This document shows positions 41,267 to 51,759 of a stretch of 64,000 nucleotides of DNA, piece after piece. Made by a program: the position numbers and the translations under genes. Below the pieces are notes generated by a model that saw nothing but the letters and a program-made list of their open reading frames with translations, ran no database searches and was not told the origin of the DNA. The DNA comes from Gloeobacterales cyanobacterium (GTDB lineage Bacteria > Cyanobacteriota > Cyanobacteriia > Gloeobacterales > PMM-0068): the NCBI GenBank assembly GCA_038245785.1, contig JBBRSB010000010.1, forward strand, positions 32,001 to 96,000. The letters are read 5' to 3'. Each line of letters starts with the position of its first letter. Position 1 is the first letter of the stretch.

Positions 41267-42190
41267 GTGGGTCGAAAAATCGGCATTATTTTCAATGACA
41301 CCAAGCTCAGTGCCACGAAGGCAGTGCATACTACCTCCGAATGGCTATCGTCGGAAGGGTGCCAAGTCTATACCGCTACAGGCTGGGGAGGAATCCTAGG
41401 CTTTGCTAAACGGGATAGTCCTGTGTGCCACACCCCTATTCATGGTCTCGCCTCGGAAGGTTTCGACGAGAGTATGGAATTTGCTGTAGTCCTTGGTGGG
41501 GATGGCACCGTGCTCTCAGCCATTAGGCAAATAGCTCCTGCTGGTATTCCTTTACTTACAGTGAATACGGGCCATATGGGTTTTCTGACGGAAACGTACC
41601 TTAGCCATCTTCAAGAAGCGGTTGCCTTGGTCATAGACGGAGCCTACGACGTAGAAGAACGGACCATGCTTGAAGTCCGTGTCTACCGTGAAGAAGGCTT
41701 ACTTTGGGAAGCCTTAGCGGTTAATGAAGCTGTGGTTCATAAAGAACCCTTTACCGCCATGTGTCATTTTGAAGTGGCCATTGGCCGACATAATCCTGTA
41801 GATATTGCGGCAGACGGGTTAATTATTGCTACTCCCACTGGTTCAACGGCCTACGCCCTATCTGCCGGGGGGCCTGTAATCACGCCCGATGTTCAAGTTA
41901 TGCAGGTAATTCCCATCTGTCCTCATTCCTTGGCTGCACGGGCCTTGGTCTTTGCAGACCATCAGCCCTTAGTCGTCTATCCGCCCCTCAATCATGAAGA
42001 CTTAATTCTCAACGTGGATGGTAGCTCTGGCTGCTATATTCTCCCAGGAGACCGAATCGTCATGGAACGTTCCACTCATCGTGCCCGACTAATCCGTCTC
42101 AAGCCTCCAGAGTTTTTTGAACTTCTTAGAGAGAAACTAGGTTGGGGGCTTCCCCATATCGCCAAACCGTTTTCTGTGGAACTGCCCTGA
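41267..42190 (+). CDS. nadK: NAD+ kinase
   Basis: LGGDGT, GHMGFL, NE and [15 protein letters not shown]. Confidence 0.95.
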   Translation: MGRKIGIIFNDTKLSATKAVHTTSEWLSSEGCQVYTATGWGGILGFAKRDSPVCHTPIHGLASEGFDESMEFAVVLGGDGTVLSAIRQIAPAGIPLLTVNTGHMGFLTETYLSHLQEAVALVIDGAYDVEERTMLEVRVYREEGLLWEALAVNEAVVHKEPFTAMCHFEVAIGRHNPVDIAADGLIIATPTGSTAYALSAGGPVITPDVQVMQVIPICPHSLAARALVFADHQPLVVYPPLNHEDLILNVDGSSGCYILPGDRIVMERSTHRARLIRLKPPEFFELLREKLGWGLPHIAKPFSVELP

Positions 42191-42906
42191 TGTCTACGAG
42201 CAAAACCCTCTCGGCAGAGGCCTATCCCGCTCAAATATTTCTATTTAGTGACTCAGAGCCCAATGGACAAGCCCTGAAAGCAGCTTTGTCCAAGAAAGGT
42301 TATGAAGTTCGTCTCGTAGAGCACCGGGACCAAGGCATGGTCCTTCTTCGACAGACCCCACCCGATTTGGTGATTTTAGAAAGTTATTTTGGCCAGTGGA
42401 CCGGAATAGAAGTTTGTCGCCAAATACGCAGGAGTGGCTATAAGCTCCTACCCGTGGTTCTTATGCACGCAGAAGCCTCTGTTGAAAAACGGGCAGAAGG
42501 GATTGATGCCGGAGCCAGTGATTACATTGTCAAACCCTTCACCACCGATGAACTCATGGCCTGTATTACTTCCCAACTGCGTCGCTATCGAGCCCAGCAC
42601 AATATCGATACTATTTTGCGCTGTAACGACCTCTCACTCAATCTGAAAACCCATGAAGTACTACGCAACAAGCGTGCGCTTGAACTAACGGGAAAAGAGT
42701 ACGATCTTTTGAAATTTTTGATGCTTCATCCCCGTGAAGTTCTCCGCCGCGAACAAATCCTCCAAGAAGTCTGGGGAGAAGATTTTACAGGAGAGTCCAA
42801 TATTATTGAGGTCTACATCCGCTATTTGAGGCTCAAACTGGAAACAGAAGGCGAAAAGAAGTTAATTCAAACGGTGAGGGGCGTAGGGTACGTTTTAAGA
42901 GATTAA
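42190..42906 (+). CDS. OmpR-family response regulator with atypical receiver (NblR-like)
   Basis: wHTH IEVYIRYLRLKLE..IQTVRGVGY; follows nadK with a TGATG overlap; DLVILE in place of DLVILD. Confidence 0.85.
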   Translation: MSTSKTLSAEAYPAQIFLFSDSEPNGQALKAALSKKGYEVRLVEHRDQGMVLLRQTPPDLVILESYFGQWTGIEVCRQIRRSGYKLLPVVLMHAEASVEKRAEGIDAGASDYIVKPFTTDELMACITSQLRRYRAQHNIDTILRCNDLSLNLKTHEVLRNKRALELTGKEYDLLKFLMLHPREVLRREQILQEVWGEDFTGESNIIEVYIRYLRLKLETEGEKKLIQTVRGVGYVLRD

Positions 42907-42910
42907 ACAC

Positions 42911-43594
42911 ATGCATCTGCTCATAGCCTGTGCAGGCTCCGGTACGCGCATGGGAGCCACCATCAATAAACTTTTTTTAGAAGTATGGAATAAACCAATC
43001 CTTGCTTGGACGCTTTTAGCGGCTGAGCAAGCTGTTTCTGTGGAATGGATTGGGTTGATTATGCAACCGGAAGAGAAAAAAACGATTGAAGCCATTCTCC
43101 ATCAACATCCACTTCATAAACCTATCGTTTTGATTGACGGTGGAGCAACCCGCCAAGAATCTGTATATCGGGGTTTATTGGCTCTGCCGACCGGAACAGA
43201 GAAAGTTTTAATCCATGATGGAGCGCGTTGCCTTGTGACAGACGAGTTGCTAGACCGTTGCAGCCAGACGCTAGAAAAAGTTTCAGGATTAGTCGCTGCG
43301 ATTCCTGTTAGAGATACGATCAAGGTTGTGGCAACAGCTACTAGAGCCATAGAACAAACACCTCCGCGTGAGAAACTTTGGGCAGCACAGACTCCTCAAG
43401 GTTTTGATGTAGCCCTACTCAAAATGGCCCATGAAGAAGCGATTCAAAAAGGCTGGGAAGTCACGGATGACAGCATGCTGTTAGAACAAATGGGATATAC
43501 CGTAGTTGTGATCACAGGAGAAGAATCTAATTTTAAAATTACAACGCCTCTAGATTTAATAATTGCCGAGATGCTCTTGAAACAGCGAGTTTAG
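42911..43594 (+). CDS. ispD: 2-C-methyl-D-erythritol 4-phosphate cytidylyltransferase
   Basis: AGSGTRMG, GGATRQESV, IHDGARC, AQTPQGF, TDD and KITTPLDL. Confidence 0.95.
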   Translation: MHLLIACAGSGTRMGATINKLFLEVWNKPILAWTLLAAEQAVSVEWIGLIMQPEEKKTIEAILHQHPLHKPIVLIDGGATRQESVYRGLLALPTGTEKVLIHDGARCLVTDELLDRCSQTLEKVSGLVAAIPVRDTIKVVATATRAIEQTPPREKLWAAQTPQGFDVALLKMAHEEAIQKGWEVTDDSMLLEQMGYTVVVITGEESNFKITTPLDLIIAEMLLKQRV

Positions 43595-43782
43595 CGTCCT
43601 CACCTGTGGAGGCTGCTCTATGGCTGAACCAGCCAGCCATGACTGACCAATGCTTGCCTGAGCCACCCTTCCATAAAGATATTCAAAGGAATTCCCGAAG
43701 CAGACCCTAAGATGGCAAAATTGCCGTTGTAGGTTAAACCCTAGATCAAGTAGACCAATAAGATATACAGGGTGGAATACAG

Positions 43783-44367
43783 ATGTTAAAACGCACTATC
43801 CCATGGATGTTGCTAGCAGGATTAGCCTTGAGCCTAGGCGCTTGTGGTGCAGGAGGCAACGATAGCGCAGAGGCCGAAAAAGTGTTGACCCCTGCTGAGA
43901 TTGATAAAAAAATTACGCGGACGGCTGAACAGAAGAACAATTCAGTAGTCTATCGAATTTTGGACACGGTCGATGACGATAAGGGTGCCCAGTGGCCCTT
44001 AGATTTTTTGAATATTTTCAAGTCTTCTGGCAAGCGCTACAACTATATTCAGCTGCGCGTTGACCCCCGTTACAACTTTGAGATTGTCGATGGCCAACCC
44101 TTAGAATTAAAAATTGGTAGCGAAACTTATACCCTCAAAAATGATGCCAAGAGTCGCAATCGAGTGGCGTTATATTCAGTGACAGAACAATTAGATGCCT
44201 TGAAAAAAGCAGATGCTGTTTCGTTCACCTTTATGATGAAACCTGATTTTTCTCGTTCAGGGACAGAAAAGCGGACTATTGTGATCAAGAAACCTGTACT
44301 CCAAGGCTGGAGAAAGGTGGATAGTATCAAAGACCCTAATGTGTTCTACCCCTCAGCAACCTACTAG
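43783..44367 (+). CDS. Hypothetical lipoprotein
   Basis: Signal peptide with LGAC lipobox; no family recognised. Confidence 0.75.
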   Translation: MLKRTIPWMLLAGLALSLGACGAGGNDSAEAEKVLTPAEIDKKITRTAEQKNNSVVYRILDTVDDDKGAQWPLDFLNIFKSSGKRYNYIQLRVDPRYNFEIVDGQPLELKIGSETYTLKNDAKSRNRVALYSVTEQLDALKKADAVSFTFMMKPDFSRSGTEKRTIVIKKPVLQGWRKVDSIKDPNVFYPSATY

Positions 44368-44385
44368 TTCTTCACCGAGACTTTT

Positions 44386-44592
44386 ATGACCCTTGACACC
44401 ACAATCCCCAGTACCCGCATCTTTCAGCGGCTCATTCAAGAGCAAACAACCGTAGAGATAAAAATCATTACGGATGAGTTGCTGATTGGCAAAATCAAAT
44501 GGATAGACCCCGATTGCTTTTGCCTCCTAGACAACTTCAATGTAGAAATCTACATTCTTCGTAGCGCCATTTGTTATGTCAAACCCAAATGA
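44386..44592 (+). CDS. hfq: Cyanobacterial Hfq (Sm-like)
   Basis: DTTIPSTR.FQ..I....VEIK..T...L.GKIKW.D......I.RSAI.YVKPK. Confidence 0.85.
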   Translation: MTLDTTIPSTRIFQRLIQEQTTVEIKIITDELLIGKIKWIDPDCFCLLDNFNVEIYILRSAICYVKPK

Positions 44593-45308
44593 GACTAGAA
44601 CAGATTAAAGCTTCGCTTCAAGGAGGTTTGATTGTTTCTTGTCAGGCCCCTAAGGATTCACCTCTGCATGACCCCCAGGTGATCGCTGCCATGGCCCTTA
44701 CCGCGCAGAAGCGAGGGGCTGTTGCTGTGCGTATCGAAAGCCCAGAGCATATCCAGGCCGTGCGCCGAGTGGTGAGTATCCCGATCATTGGTCTGTGGAA
44801 GCGGACTCATCCTGGTTCGTCCGTGTACATCACGCCTACTTTTGAAGATGCCCAAACCGTTGTAGAAGCTGGTGCAGATATTGTTGCTCTAGACGCTACA
44901 GAAAGGCCTAGAGTCGATGGGTCAGTTATTCAAGAATTAATTCCAAAGATTCAAGAAAAATTATTCGTTCCAGTGATGGCGGATATTGCTACGGTTGCAG
45001 AAGGAAAGCTTAGTGCAGAGTTAGGAGCCGAACTAATCGGAACTACGCTTTATGGCTATACGGAAGAAACCCAAAATTGCACTCCTCCAGGATTTGATCT
45101 CCTGCAAACATTGGCGACGCAACTTTCTGTCCCCATTATCTGTGAAGGGGGAATTGCTACTCCTGAAGAGGTGACTATGGCCTATCAGTTGGGTGCTTTT
45201 AGTGTAGTCGTAGGTACAGCAATTACAGGGATGGATGCAAGAGTAGCCGCTTTTTGCAAAGCTACCCTTCGCGCTCAAACTACATCCCATTCTCCGAGAA
45301 ACGAATAA
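44589..45308 (+). CDS. nanE: N-acetylmannosamine-6-phosphate 2-epimerase
   Basis: GLIVSCQA, PIIGLWK, VYITPT, GTTLYGYT and VVVGTAIT; ATG 44589. Confidence 0.92.
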   Translation: MRLEQIKASLQGGLIVSCQAPKDSPLHDPQVIAAMALTAQKRGAVAVRIESPEHIQAVRRVVSIPIIGLWKRTHPGSSVYITPTFEDAQTVVEAGADIVALDATERPRVDGSVIQELIPKIQEKLFVPVMADIATVAEGKLSAELGAELIGTTLYGYTEETQNCTPPGFDLLQTLATQLSVPIICEGGIATPEEVTMAYQLGAFSVVVGTAITGMDARVAAFCKATLRAQTTSHSPRNE

Positions 45309-45480
45309 CGTCCATTTTGGAAAATTGCCATCCTCCCGAAGGAGAATCTACCGGAAAACCATTGGGGCGAATGACCACGAAGGAGCCACTGTTACGGTCG
45401 TCGGGGTCCACGCTGTAGCCCTTAGCTCTCAATTTGCGTACTGCCTGCTGGAACAAGCGGTCTAACACTTGGCTCATCAA
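45280..45480 (-). CDS. Small hypothetical protein
   Basis: 66-aa ORF filling the gap between nanE and ycf51; protein-like composition. Confidence 0.5.
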   Translation of the reverse strand: MMSQVLDRLFQQAVRKLRAKGYSVDPDDRNSGSFVVIRPNGFPVDSPSGGWQFSKMDVIRFSENGM

Positions 45481-45583
45481 TCTGACCGAACAGTAGACTA
45501 TTTATAGTCCGTGTACCAGAGGCTAAAGGTATCACACTCTGGGACTCAGAACCTAGAATCCGCACTCTTCCTAGATGATTCTC

Positions 45584-46126
45584 TCATCTTCTTGGATTTT
45601 GATTGAGTTCTGGATGCGCATTGAGGATCTTTTGTACTTCTACAAAACCTTCTTTATTCAGTGTAAATTTGTCAGGCTTTCCATTATTTAAATAACTTTC
45701 ACTCTGCAGAGTTCCCAGCGGGATAATTTGACTGATTCCCGGCGCAGGACGAACTAGTGTACGCCCTTCAATAAGCGGCCCTCGACCTTCTTGGAGAATG
45801 CGACCCGTAGTGAAAGAACGGCTGGCTACTTGTTTGAGGGTGGCTTCCAACTGTTCTGGTTTAATTGTACGTTCGAGTCGAACTACAATCCGGTCACTGC
45901 CCTGATCATAGAGAATGTCAAATTTCTGAGCACCAGGAATCCCTGGCCGAGAAATAGGAAACAGGCTCAAAGCGAATAATCCACCTGCTAGCACGCCCAA
46001 GAAACCCGTGGTGCCAACGGCCTGAAACCGCCACGGGGTCTTACGGACTAAGCCGAAGATGACCGCTAAAGTCGTGAAGGCCATTAGTCCGAGGGTAATC
46101 AAGGTTCCGGTGCGAAATAGTTCCAT
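45584..46126 (-). CDS. ycf51: Ycf51/DUF2518 family protein
   Basis: WRFQAVGTTGF..L..GLFALS, IPGA..F...YD.G and LEATLKQ.A. Confidence 0.75.
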   Translation of the reverse strand: MELFRTGTLITLGLMAFTTLAVIFGLVRKTPWRFQAVGTTGFLGVLAGGLFALSLFPISRPGIPGAQKFDILYDQGSDRIVVRLERTIKPEQLEATLKQVASRSFTTGRILQEGRGPLIEGRTLVRPAPGISQIIPLGTLQSESYLNNGKPDKFTLNKEGFVEVQKILNAHPELNQNPRR

Positions 46127-46234
46127 AGCCGTCGAGAGGGTTACTTACTTAGCATACGTCCGAAGCGCAAAACCCACCGTGAGTTAGGATCAGAAGAGAG
46201 CAACCTTGAATGCTCCAGTAGTTAGGGATGTCCT

Positions 46235-47348
46235 ATGGAACTATTTGAACTCAAACAAGCAACGACCGAACTCCGTGAGCGCCTGGGTAAAACTCAGGAC
46301 TATCTTTGACCTGCCCAAACTCAAAGACCGTATTCATGATTTAGAGCAGCGTATCAGTGCCCCCGATTTTTGGGATGACAATAATCAAGCTCAGGCGATG
46401 ATGCAGCAGCTGAGTGACCTAAAGACGCCGCTAGAAAGCTATCAGCGTTGGTGTTCGACCTTAGAAGATACGCAGACGGTTTTGGAATTATTAGAAGAAA
46501 CGGGGGATGAATCCCTGCTGCCTGAAGCCGAGCAAAACGTCCAAGTGCTAAAGGCAGAACTGGATCAGTGGGAGCTAGAGCAACTTCTGAGTGGCCCCTA
46601 CGATGAGCGAGGGGCTATCTTGACTATCAATGCAGGGGCTGGCGGTACTGATGCTCAAGATTGGGCGGAAATGCTGCTCAAAATGTATACGCGTTGGGCG
46701 CAAAACAGAGGCTATAAGACCAGTTTGGTCGATATCTCAGAAGGCGGCGAAGCAGGAATTAAATCGGCAACGCTGATTATCGATGGCCGCAATGCCTATG
46801 GTTTTCTAACCGCAGAAAAAGGCAACCACCGCATGGAGCGCATCAGTCCTTTTAATGCCGCAGGTAAGCGTCAGACTAGCTTCGCCTCCGTGGAAGTGAT
46901 GCCCCTAATCGATAACACCGTCAAAGTAGACCTCAAACCCGAGGATTTGGAGTTTGATACCTCTCGCTCTGGGGGCGCAGGCGGACAAAACGTCAACAAA
47001 GTAGAAACAGCCGTCCGTGTCACCCACAAACCGACTGGGATTGCTGTCCGCTGTACCCAACAGCGTTCCCAACTGCAAAATAAAGAACTAGCGCTCGCGA
47101 TTCTCAAAGCCAAACTGCTGGAACTTGCCGAGCAAAAGCGCAAAGAAGAACTAGCTCAAATCCGTGGAGAAATTGTAACAGCAGGCTTTGGGGGCCGCAT
47201 TCGTACCTATACTTTTGACCCTTACCAACTGATTAAAGACCACCGTAGTAATGCAGAAACTAGTAATGTTGGCAGTTTCATGAATGGGGATGTAAAAGAA
47301 ATTGATGAGTTTATCAATACCTATCTCCGGCAACAAAAGGAGCTGTAG
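46235..47348 (+). CDS. prfB: Peptide chain release factor 2, with programmed +1 frameshift
   Basis: ATG 46235 gives [12 protein letters not shown], then CTT TGA C at 46304-46310; SPF and GGQ motifs. Confidence 0.96.
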
Positions 47349-47492
47349 CAGCTAATTGAAACTTTCTTAATAGGTAGCTATAAATTGTTTGTGTCAAACC
47401 TTTTTAAGAGCATAAAAAATCTTTACTTAAAAATTTGGGTTCAGTAGCAGATATAAACTCTTTAGACAACACCCAAAAGAGCTGTTCTCCTC

Positions 47493-47527
47493 TTGACGAT
47501 TCCCATTTTGTTAACTACTGTTAAGAG
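47493..47527 (+). promoter_or_regulatory. Promoter of the HLIP gene with an HLR1-like repeat over the -10
   Basis: TTGACG (47493), 17 nt spacer, TACTGT (47516); GTTAACTA-CT-GTTAAGAG direct repeat with 10-bp period. Confidence 0.45.
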
Positions 47528-47565
47528 AGATGAACTTATTATCATTTATTCTTTGGAGCGAAGTC

Positions 47566-47718
47566 ATGACCAACAATACTCAGTCTGAAATTAAGTTCGG
47601 ATTTACCGAATTTGCAGAACAGCTCAATGGTCGGCTTGCCATGATTGGTTTCGTTTCTGCTCTCATCGTCGAAGCTATTACAGGTCAGGGCATTCTTGCT
47701 TTCTTAGGTCTTAAGTAG
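47566..47718 (+). CDS. High-light-inducible protein (HLIP/SCP)
   Basis: [25 protein letters not shown]. Confidence 0.95.
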   Translation: MTNNTQSEIKFGFTEFAEQLNGRLAMIGFVSALIVEAITGQGILAFLGLK

Positions 47719-47738
47719 ACCTTCTGAAAGCAAAAAAT

Positions 47739-47764
47739 TGGGGGCTAGTAGCCTCCTTTTTTTT
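47739..47764 (+). terminator. Terminator after the HLIP gene
   Basis: GGGGGCTA-G-TAGCCTCC followed by a T run. Confidence 0.6.
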
Positions 47765-47821
47765 ATAACTTAGCAACGATTTTCGCTAAAAATCTTACCA
47801 CTGAAGGCACGGGTAGAAGCT

Positions 47822-48697
47822 CTAGCGCAAGAATGCTATCAAGGCTTGATTCACAGTTTCAGGAGCTTCCTGCTGCACCCAATGTCCACAATCAGGCAAA
47901 CGAACTTCTTGATAAGTGCTGTCTACGTACTTGTTTAGATCTTTTACTGTCTCAGGCAGAACAGCAAAATCTTTTTCGCCATAGATAAAGAGAGTTGGGA
48001 CTTTGACGGGGTCCTTGTATTTCTGGAGTTGGTTATTTAAACCTAAATTCGCCCGATAGTAGTTAATCTCTCCGGTCAAGGCTCCTGGTTGAGCGCAGGC
48101 TTCTTTAAAAATCTGTACATCTGCTTTAGAGATAGTCCCTGGTTTGGTCGAGGGATGCAAAAAGCCCTGTTCCACAAAGCGATAGTTGTCTAGACTCATC
48201 ATTAATTCAGGCAAGATTGGTACTTGGAAGGCCGCAATGTACCAACTGGCCTGGAGTTGAGCTCCCTTCATATTTTCTAGAAAAAGTCGAGGATGAGGAA
48301 TCTGGAGGACCGCCAGTTTCGCTACTCGTTCTGGATGAAGTAGCGCTGTGGCCCAAGCGACCATAGCCCCCCAATCATGACCGACGAGATAAAACTGTTC
48401 GGCCTTATAGTGGTCTGCCAGAGCAAGAACATCCTCTACTAGGTACTCTAAGCGATAGGCCGATATATCCGAAGGTTTTTCACTAAGGTTGTAACCCCTC
48501 AAATCAGGAGCTACAACCCGGAAGTGTTCTGCTAAGGCCGGTAGTTGGTGACGCCAAGCATACCAACATTCAGGAAATCCATGCAGCAGTAAAACCAAGG
48601 GCTTCTCATCGTTATGTTTGGCCCTAGTTCCCTCAAAGCCCTGTGTAGCAACATGGAATCGAAGATGATTGGCAATGATTTGGCGGTGATGCATCAA
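47822..48697 (-). CDS. Alpha/beta hydrolase (epoxide hydrolase-like)
   Basis: HGFPE, GHDWG and GHWVQQE. Confidence 0.92.
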   Translation of the reverse strand: MMHHRQIIANHLRFHVATQGFEGTRAKHNDEKPLVLLLHGFPECWYAWRHQLPALAEHFRVVAPDLRGYNLSEKPSDISAYRLEYLVEDVLALADHYKAEQFYLVGHDWGAMVAWATALLHPERVAKLAVLQIPHPRLFLENMKGAQLQASWYIAAFQVPILPELMMSLDNYRFVEQGFLHPSTKPGTISKADVQIFKEACAQPGALTGEINYYRANLGLNNQLQKYKDPVKVPTLFIYGEKDFAVLPETVKDLNKYVDSTYQEVRLPDCGHWVQQEAPETVNQALIAFLR

Positions 48698-49551
48698 CGG
48701 CGTCTCATGCCTCCGAAGCTACGGCTGCGCTGCATGCTGCCAAAGCCACCGGATCTCGGTGCAGAACGATATTGCTGATCGTTGTTGCGCCGTAAGTTAC
48801 TAGAACCATAACCAGATCCCGTAGAACGATTATTCTGCATAGATCTACTCGCACTATCATTCCGAGGAAAACGGGAAAGTCCTGTACTACGAAGTGCTCG
48901 CTGATTTTGCACAGCAAGAGGAGGGCTTCCATAGCGGGATTGGTATTGGCCAATGGCCTGATTATAGCTAGTACCAGAGCCGCCATAACCTCTCAGACCA
49001 CCAGCAGAGTAGGCGGGAGGCATATAGTAGCGAGGGGCAAATAGGGCATTCGCGACCATGTTACCTGCCACGGCTCCTAAGAATGGAGTCCAGAAGCTAG
49101 ATTCCTGACGGACAACGACCGTTTCTTTCTGTCCAGTTTGCGCGTTGGTTTTCTCTTCCGTCACATTGTGAACATAGGAGATTTGAAATTTCTCAGGGAT
49201 ATGTAAAGCAGCCTGTCCGTTGGTCACCTTGAGGTATCCTTTTTCCCCTGCCTTCTCTTCTTCCGGGGTTAGACGAGCCATCTGTAGAGCAGAGCTACGG
49301 AAGGTTGGAGGGGTCGTATTGAGCAAAAATGCTGTATAGACGCCCGTTCCGTCATCGAAGGTAGCCTGTTGCACTTCATACTTGCCATCCGCCAGCTTCG
49401 TCGGGGCTTGTTGCTGTGCCCTATTCGCCTGTGAGCCATTGATAGCGGCAGTGTCTGGCTTGTCAGACGAACAGCTTGCTAGGGGCAGCAAGCCTAGAAT
49501 GAAGACTAGCGAAAGAGTTGTGAATTTTTTCCAGGTAGGTAGGCGTTTCAT
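48694..49551 (-). CDS. Conserved cyanobacterial lipoprotein with a Gly/Ser/Arg-rich tail
   Basis: LASC lipobox; YEVQQATFDD, LQMARLT and SSFWTPF.GA; tail RSGGFGS. Confidence 0.8.
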   Translation of the reverse strand: MKRLPTWKKFTTLSLVFILGLLPLASCSSDKPDTAAINGSQANRAQQQAPTKLADGKYEVQQATFDDGTGVYTAFLLNTTPPTFRSSALQMARLTPEEEKAGEKGYLKVTNGQAALHIPEKFQISYVHNVTEEKTNAQTGQKETVVVRQESSFWTPFLGAVAGNMVANALFAPRYYMPPAYSAGGLRGYGGSGTSYNQAIGQYQSRYGSPPLAVQNQRALRSTGLSRFPRNDSASRSMQNNRSTGSGYGSSNLRRNNDQQYRSAPRSGGFGSMQRSRSFGGMRRR

Positions 49552-49616
49552 CGTCTTTACACTCTTGATTAAGGATTTTTTTAGGTGTTTAAGAGCAGCT
49601 CAATTTCATACTAATT

Positions 49617-50216
49617 TCATAATGGCGAAAGTTCAGGGAAATTGAGTAAAAGCTGATCCGGATCCAATTCATCGCCAAAGCGAGCCGGAGAAAAGTGGAC
49701 TTGGACTGCGCGCAGCTTTTCTTGGTAGTGCAGACTGATCAAGGCTTTAAGCCCTTCTTTGATCGCTATATCTTTCGTTAAGTCTGTCTCCAAAGCGGGG
49801 ACTTCACCTTCGTAGGCCACAGTGATCATGACAACCACATTGCGCGTCGCTGGCGCATAGAGGTCTGTTTGCTCTGAACTGGCCGTCGTGTCGGGTTCAC
49901 TCATATAGCGCTGAGAGGAGTCTGTAAAGAGTTCCTGGACAAAATCTCCGGCTTCTCCCTCATCCCAGAAAACATTGCCTTCATTGGCGGCAGAGGCCCA
50001 CATCGAATCGTATTGCAAAAGGCTTTCACAAATTTTCACCAGCCCTTCGCCAAGAACGTTCAAATCTCCGTCCGATTCCAGGGCTTCTTGTGCAGAGCGA
50101 TTGAGCACGCCCAAGAGGGGAGCAACCTGTTCACCGCCCAAGTGTAAGAACAAACGACAGACTACAAATCGGGTCTGGCCTGTCATTTTGTTGAAACGGT
50201 CTCGCCACGAAGTCAT
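49617..50216 (-). CDS. DUF1517 family protein
   Basis: RFVVCRLFLHL..VVVMITVA..LLLNFPELSPL. Confidence 0.78.
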   Translation of the reverse strand: MTSWRDRFNKMTGQTRFVVCRLFLHLGGEQVAPLLGVLNRSAQEALESDGDLNVLGEGLVKICESLLQYDSMWASAANEGNVFWDEGEAGDFVQELFTDSSQRYMSEPDTTASSEQTDLYAPATRNVVVMITVAYEGEVPALETDLTKDIAIKEGLKALISLHYQEKLRAVQVHFSPARFGDELDPDQLLLNFPELSPL

Positions 50217-50455
50217 GAACCACCTATAAGAACTATCTCTTCCAATCTAACGAATAACGCGAGCGGTTGGAGGGGTAGAAGGAGGGGTGCCGCTAAACAT
50301 GGCAGTCTGGGAATCGCAAAAAATGTTTCTTTATATTAACGCATACCCCATGTCTAGCGAGCCTCTCAAGCTTTAGAAGACCAGAAAAAAGAGTGAGCTA
50401 AAACCATTAAATGGGCAGACTAAGAAGACGAACTGCTAACCTAGCCCTGCACTTA

Positions 50456-51082
50456 ATGGAACAGATATACCTTCAAGACATCATTATTCGCCGCGCTCAT
50501 CTGAGCGATCGTCCTCAGATGGTCCAGATTCAGCAATGCTCGCTACAGGTTCTCTGTCAGAAAGACTACTCCGTTGAGCAAGTCAGGGCGCTTCTGAAAG
50601 ATACACGAGATTATCGGAATTGGAAGTGGGGTGAGACTGTTTTTGTTGCGGAATATGAAAAAACGATAGTCGGATTTGCAGCACGCAATCAGAACTGGAT
50701 TACAGCAGTTTACGTACATCCAGAATTTACGCGCCAGGGTATTGGTTCACGCCTTCTGCAGATTCTTGAAGATGATTCAAAAGCCTGTGGAATCGATGCT
50801 CTATCCCTAGTGGCTTCGATCACAGCCAAGCCTTTTTATGACTTCTGCGGCTACAAAGTCAATATGCCTGTTCAGATAGGCGTCCGGGGAGTTCAGGTAC
50901 ATTGTATTGAAATGGAAAAAGTGATAGGGGCAGAAGTAAATCACAGACGCGAAACTATTGAATTTGAAAACACCAAAAAATCTAAATTAAGGTTGCAGTC
51001 TCCCCTTTTTACCATGTTACTGATCGTTTTGTTTCTGAAAATTGCACAGTGGCTTTTTCAAAGCAATGGATATCTTTTTTAA
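50456..51082 (+). CDS. GNAT acetyltransferase with a C-terminal TM helix
   Basis: VYVHPEFTRQGIGSRLL and ASITAKPFY..CGY. Confidence 0.85.
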   Translation: MEQIYLQDIIIRRAHLSDRPQMVQIQQCSLQVLCQKDYSVEQVRALLKDTRDYRNWKWGETVFVAEYEKTIVGFAARNQNWITAVYVHPEFTRQGIGSRLLQILEDDSKACGIDALSLVASITAKPFYDFCGYKVNMPVQIGVRGVQVHCIEMEKVIGAEVNHRRETIEFENTKKSKLRLQSPLFTMLLIVLFLKIAQWLFQSNGYLF

Positions 51083-51182
51083 ATTCTTTGCGCCTATAAA
51101 CCTAAAGATCTGCCTATAGACAGCAGCATTTTTTGAAGTTTAAATTAGTATGGCTATATAAACAAGTTGAAACAATAAAATC

Positions 51183-51653
51183 ATGGCGAAAACAGGCATT
51201 TATCAAACTCCATTAGAAGTTTTTGGAGCTTTTGCAGCCTTTTTGGGGATTATTGCACTGGTTTACGCCCAACTGACCCCCCCGATCCCAGACATAAATT
51301 TACTCCCCAAACCTTCTCTTATGGGAAATTCTGCACCGATAAAAGTGGAAGGCCATATTTTTGCCGGAGATAGTCATGTTTCAGGTTTGGCATGCTCTGA
51401 GATAGAAATAGCGCTCATGCCTGAAGGAATGACAGGGGATACAGCCGCAAGCGCACAAGCAATGGGCCTCAATCTCATTACTGGCTGCGCATACAGCTTG
51501 CCTGGAAATGAAAAATATGTAGGAAAAAATCTCGTTTTAAAGGTAACCCCTCTTCTATCAGCAGGAAGAACCTACAGCACTCCAGAGAAGGTGCTCAATA
51601 TCCCAGAGGGCTCTGTCCTTCAGATCAATCTCAATTTGTCCGCTTCCTCGTAA
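51183..51653 (+). CDS. Hypothetical membrane-anchored protein
   Basis: N-terminal TM helix, then a beta-rich domain with 2 Cys. Confidence 0.6.
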   Translation: MAKTGIYQTPLEVFGAFAAFLGIIALVYAQLTPPIPDINLLPKPSLMGNSAPIKVEGHIFAGDSHVSGLACSEIEIALMPEGMTGDTAASAQAMGLNLITGCAYSLPGNEKYVGKNLVLKVTPLLSAGRTYSTPEKVLNIPEGSVLQINLNLSASS

Positions 51654-51759
51654 AAGAAGCTGGTGATGGACTTTAAGGTTTATGAGCACTTTGATTAACA
51701 TGGACAACCTTGGCTGCGCTGCACAATAAAGTAATGAAATTGGATGATTAAGAGCTTTT

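Noticed and set aside
50281..50320. AGGGGTGCC..GGCAGTCTGGGA, resembling the start of a TPP riboswitch
   Set aside because: No CTGAGA and no ACCTGAT/TAATGCCAGCGTAGGG core; no thiamine gene downstream.
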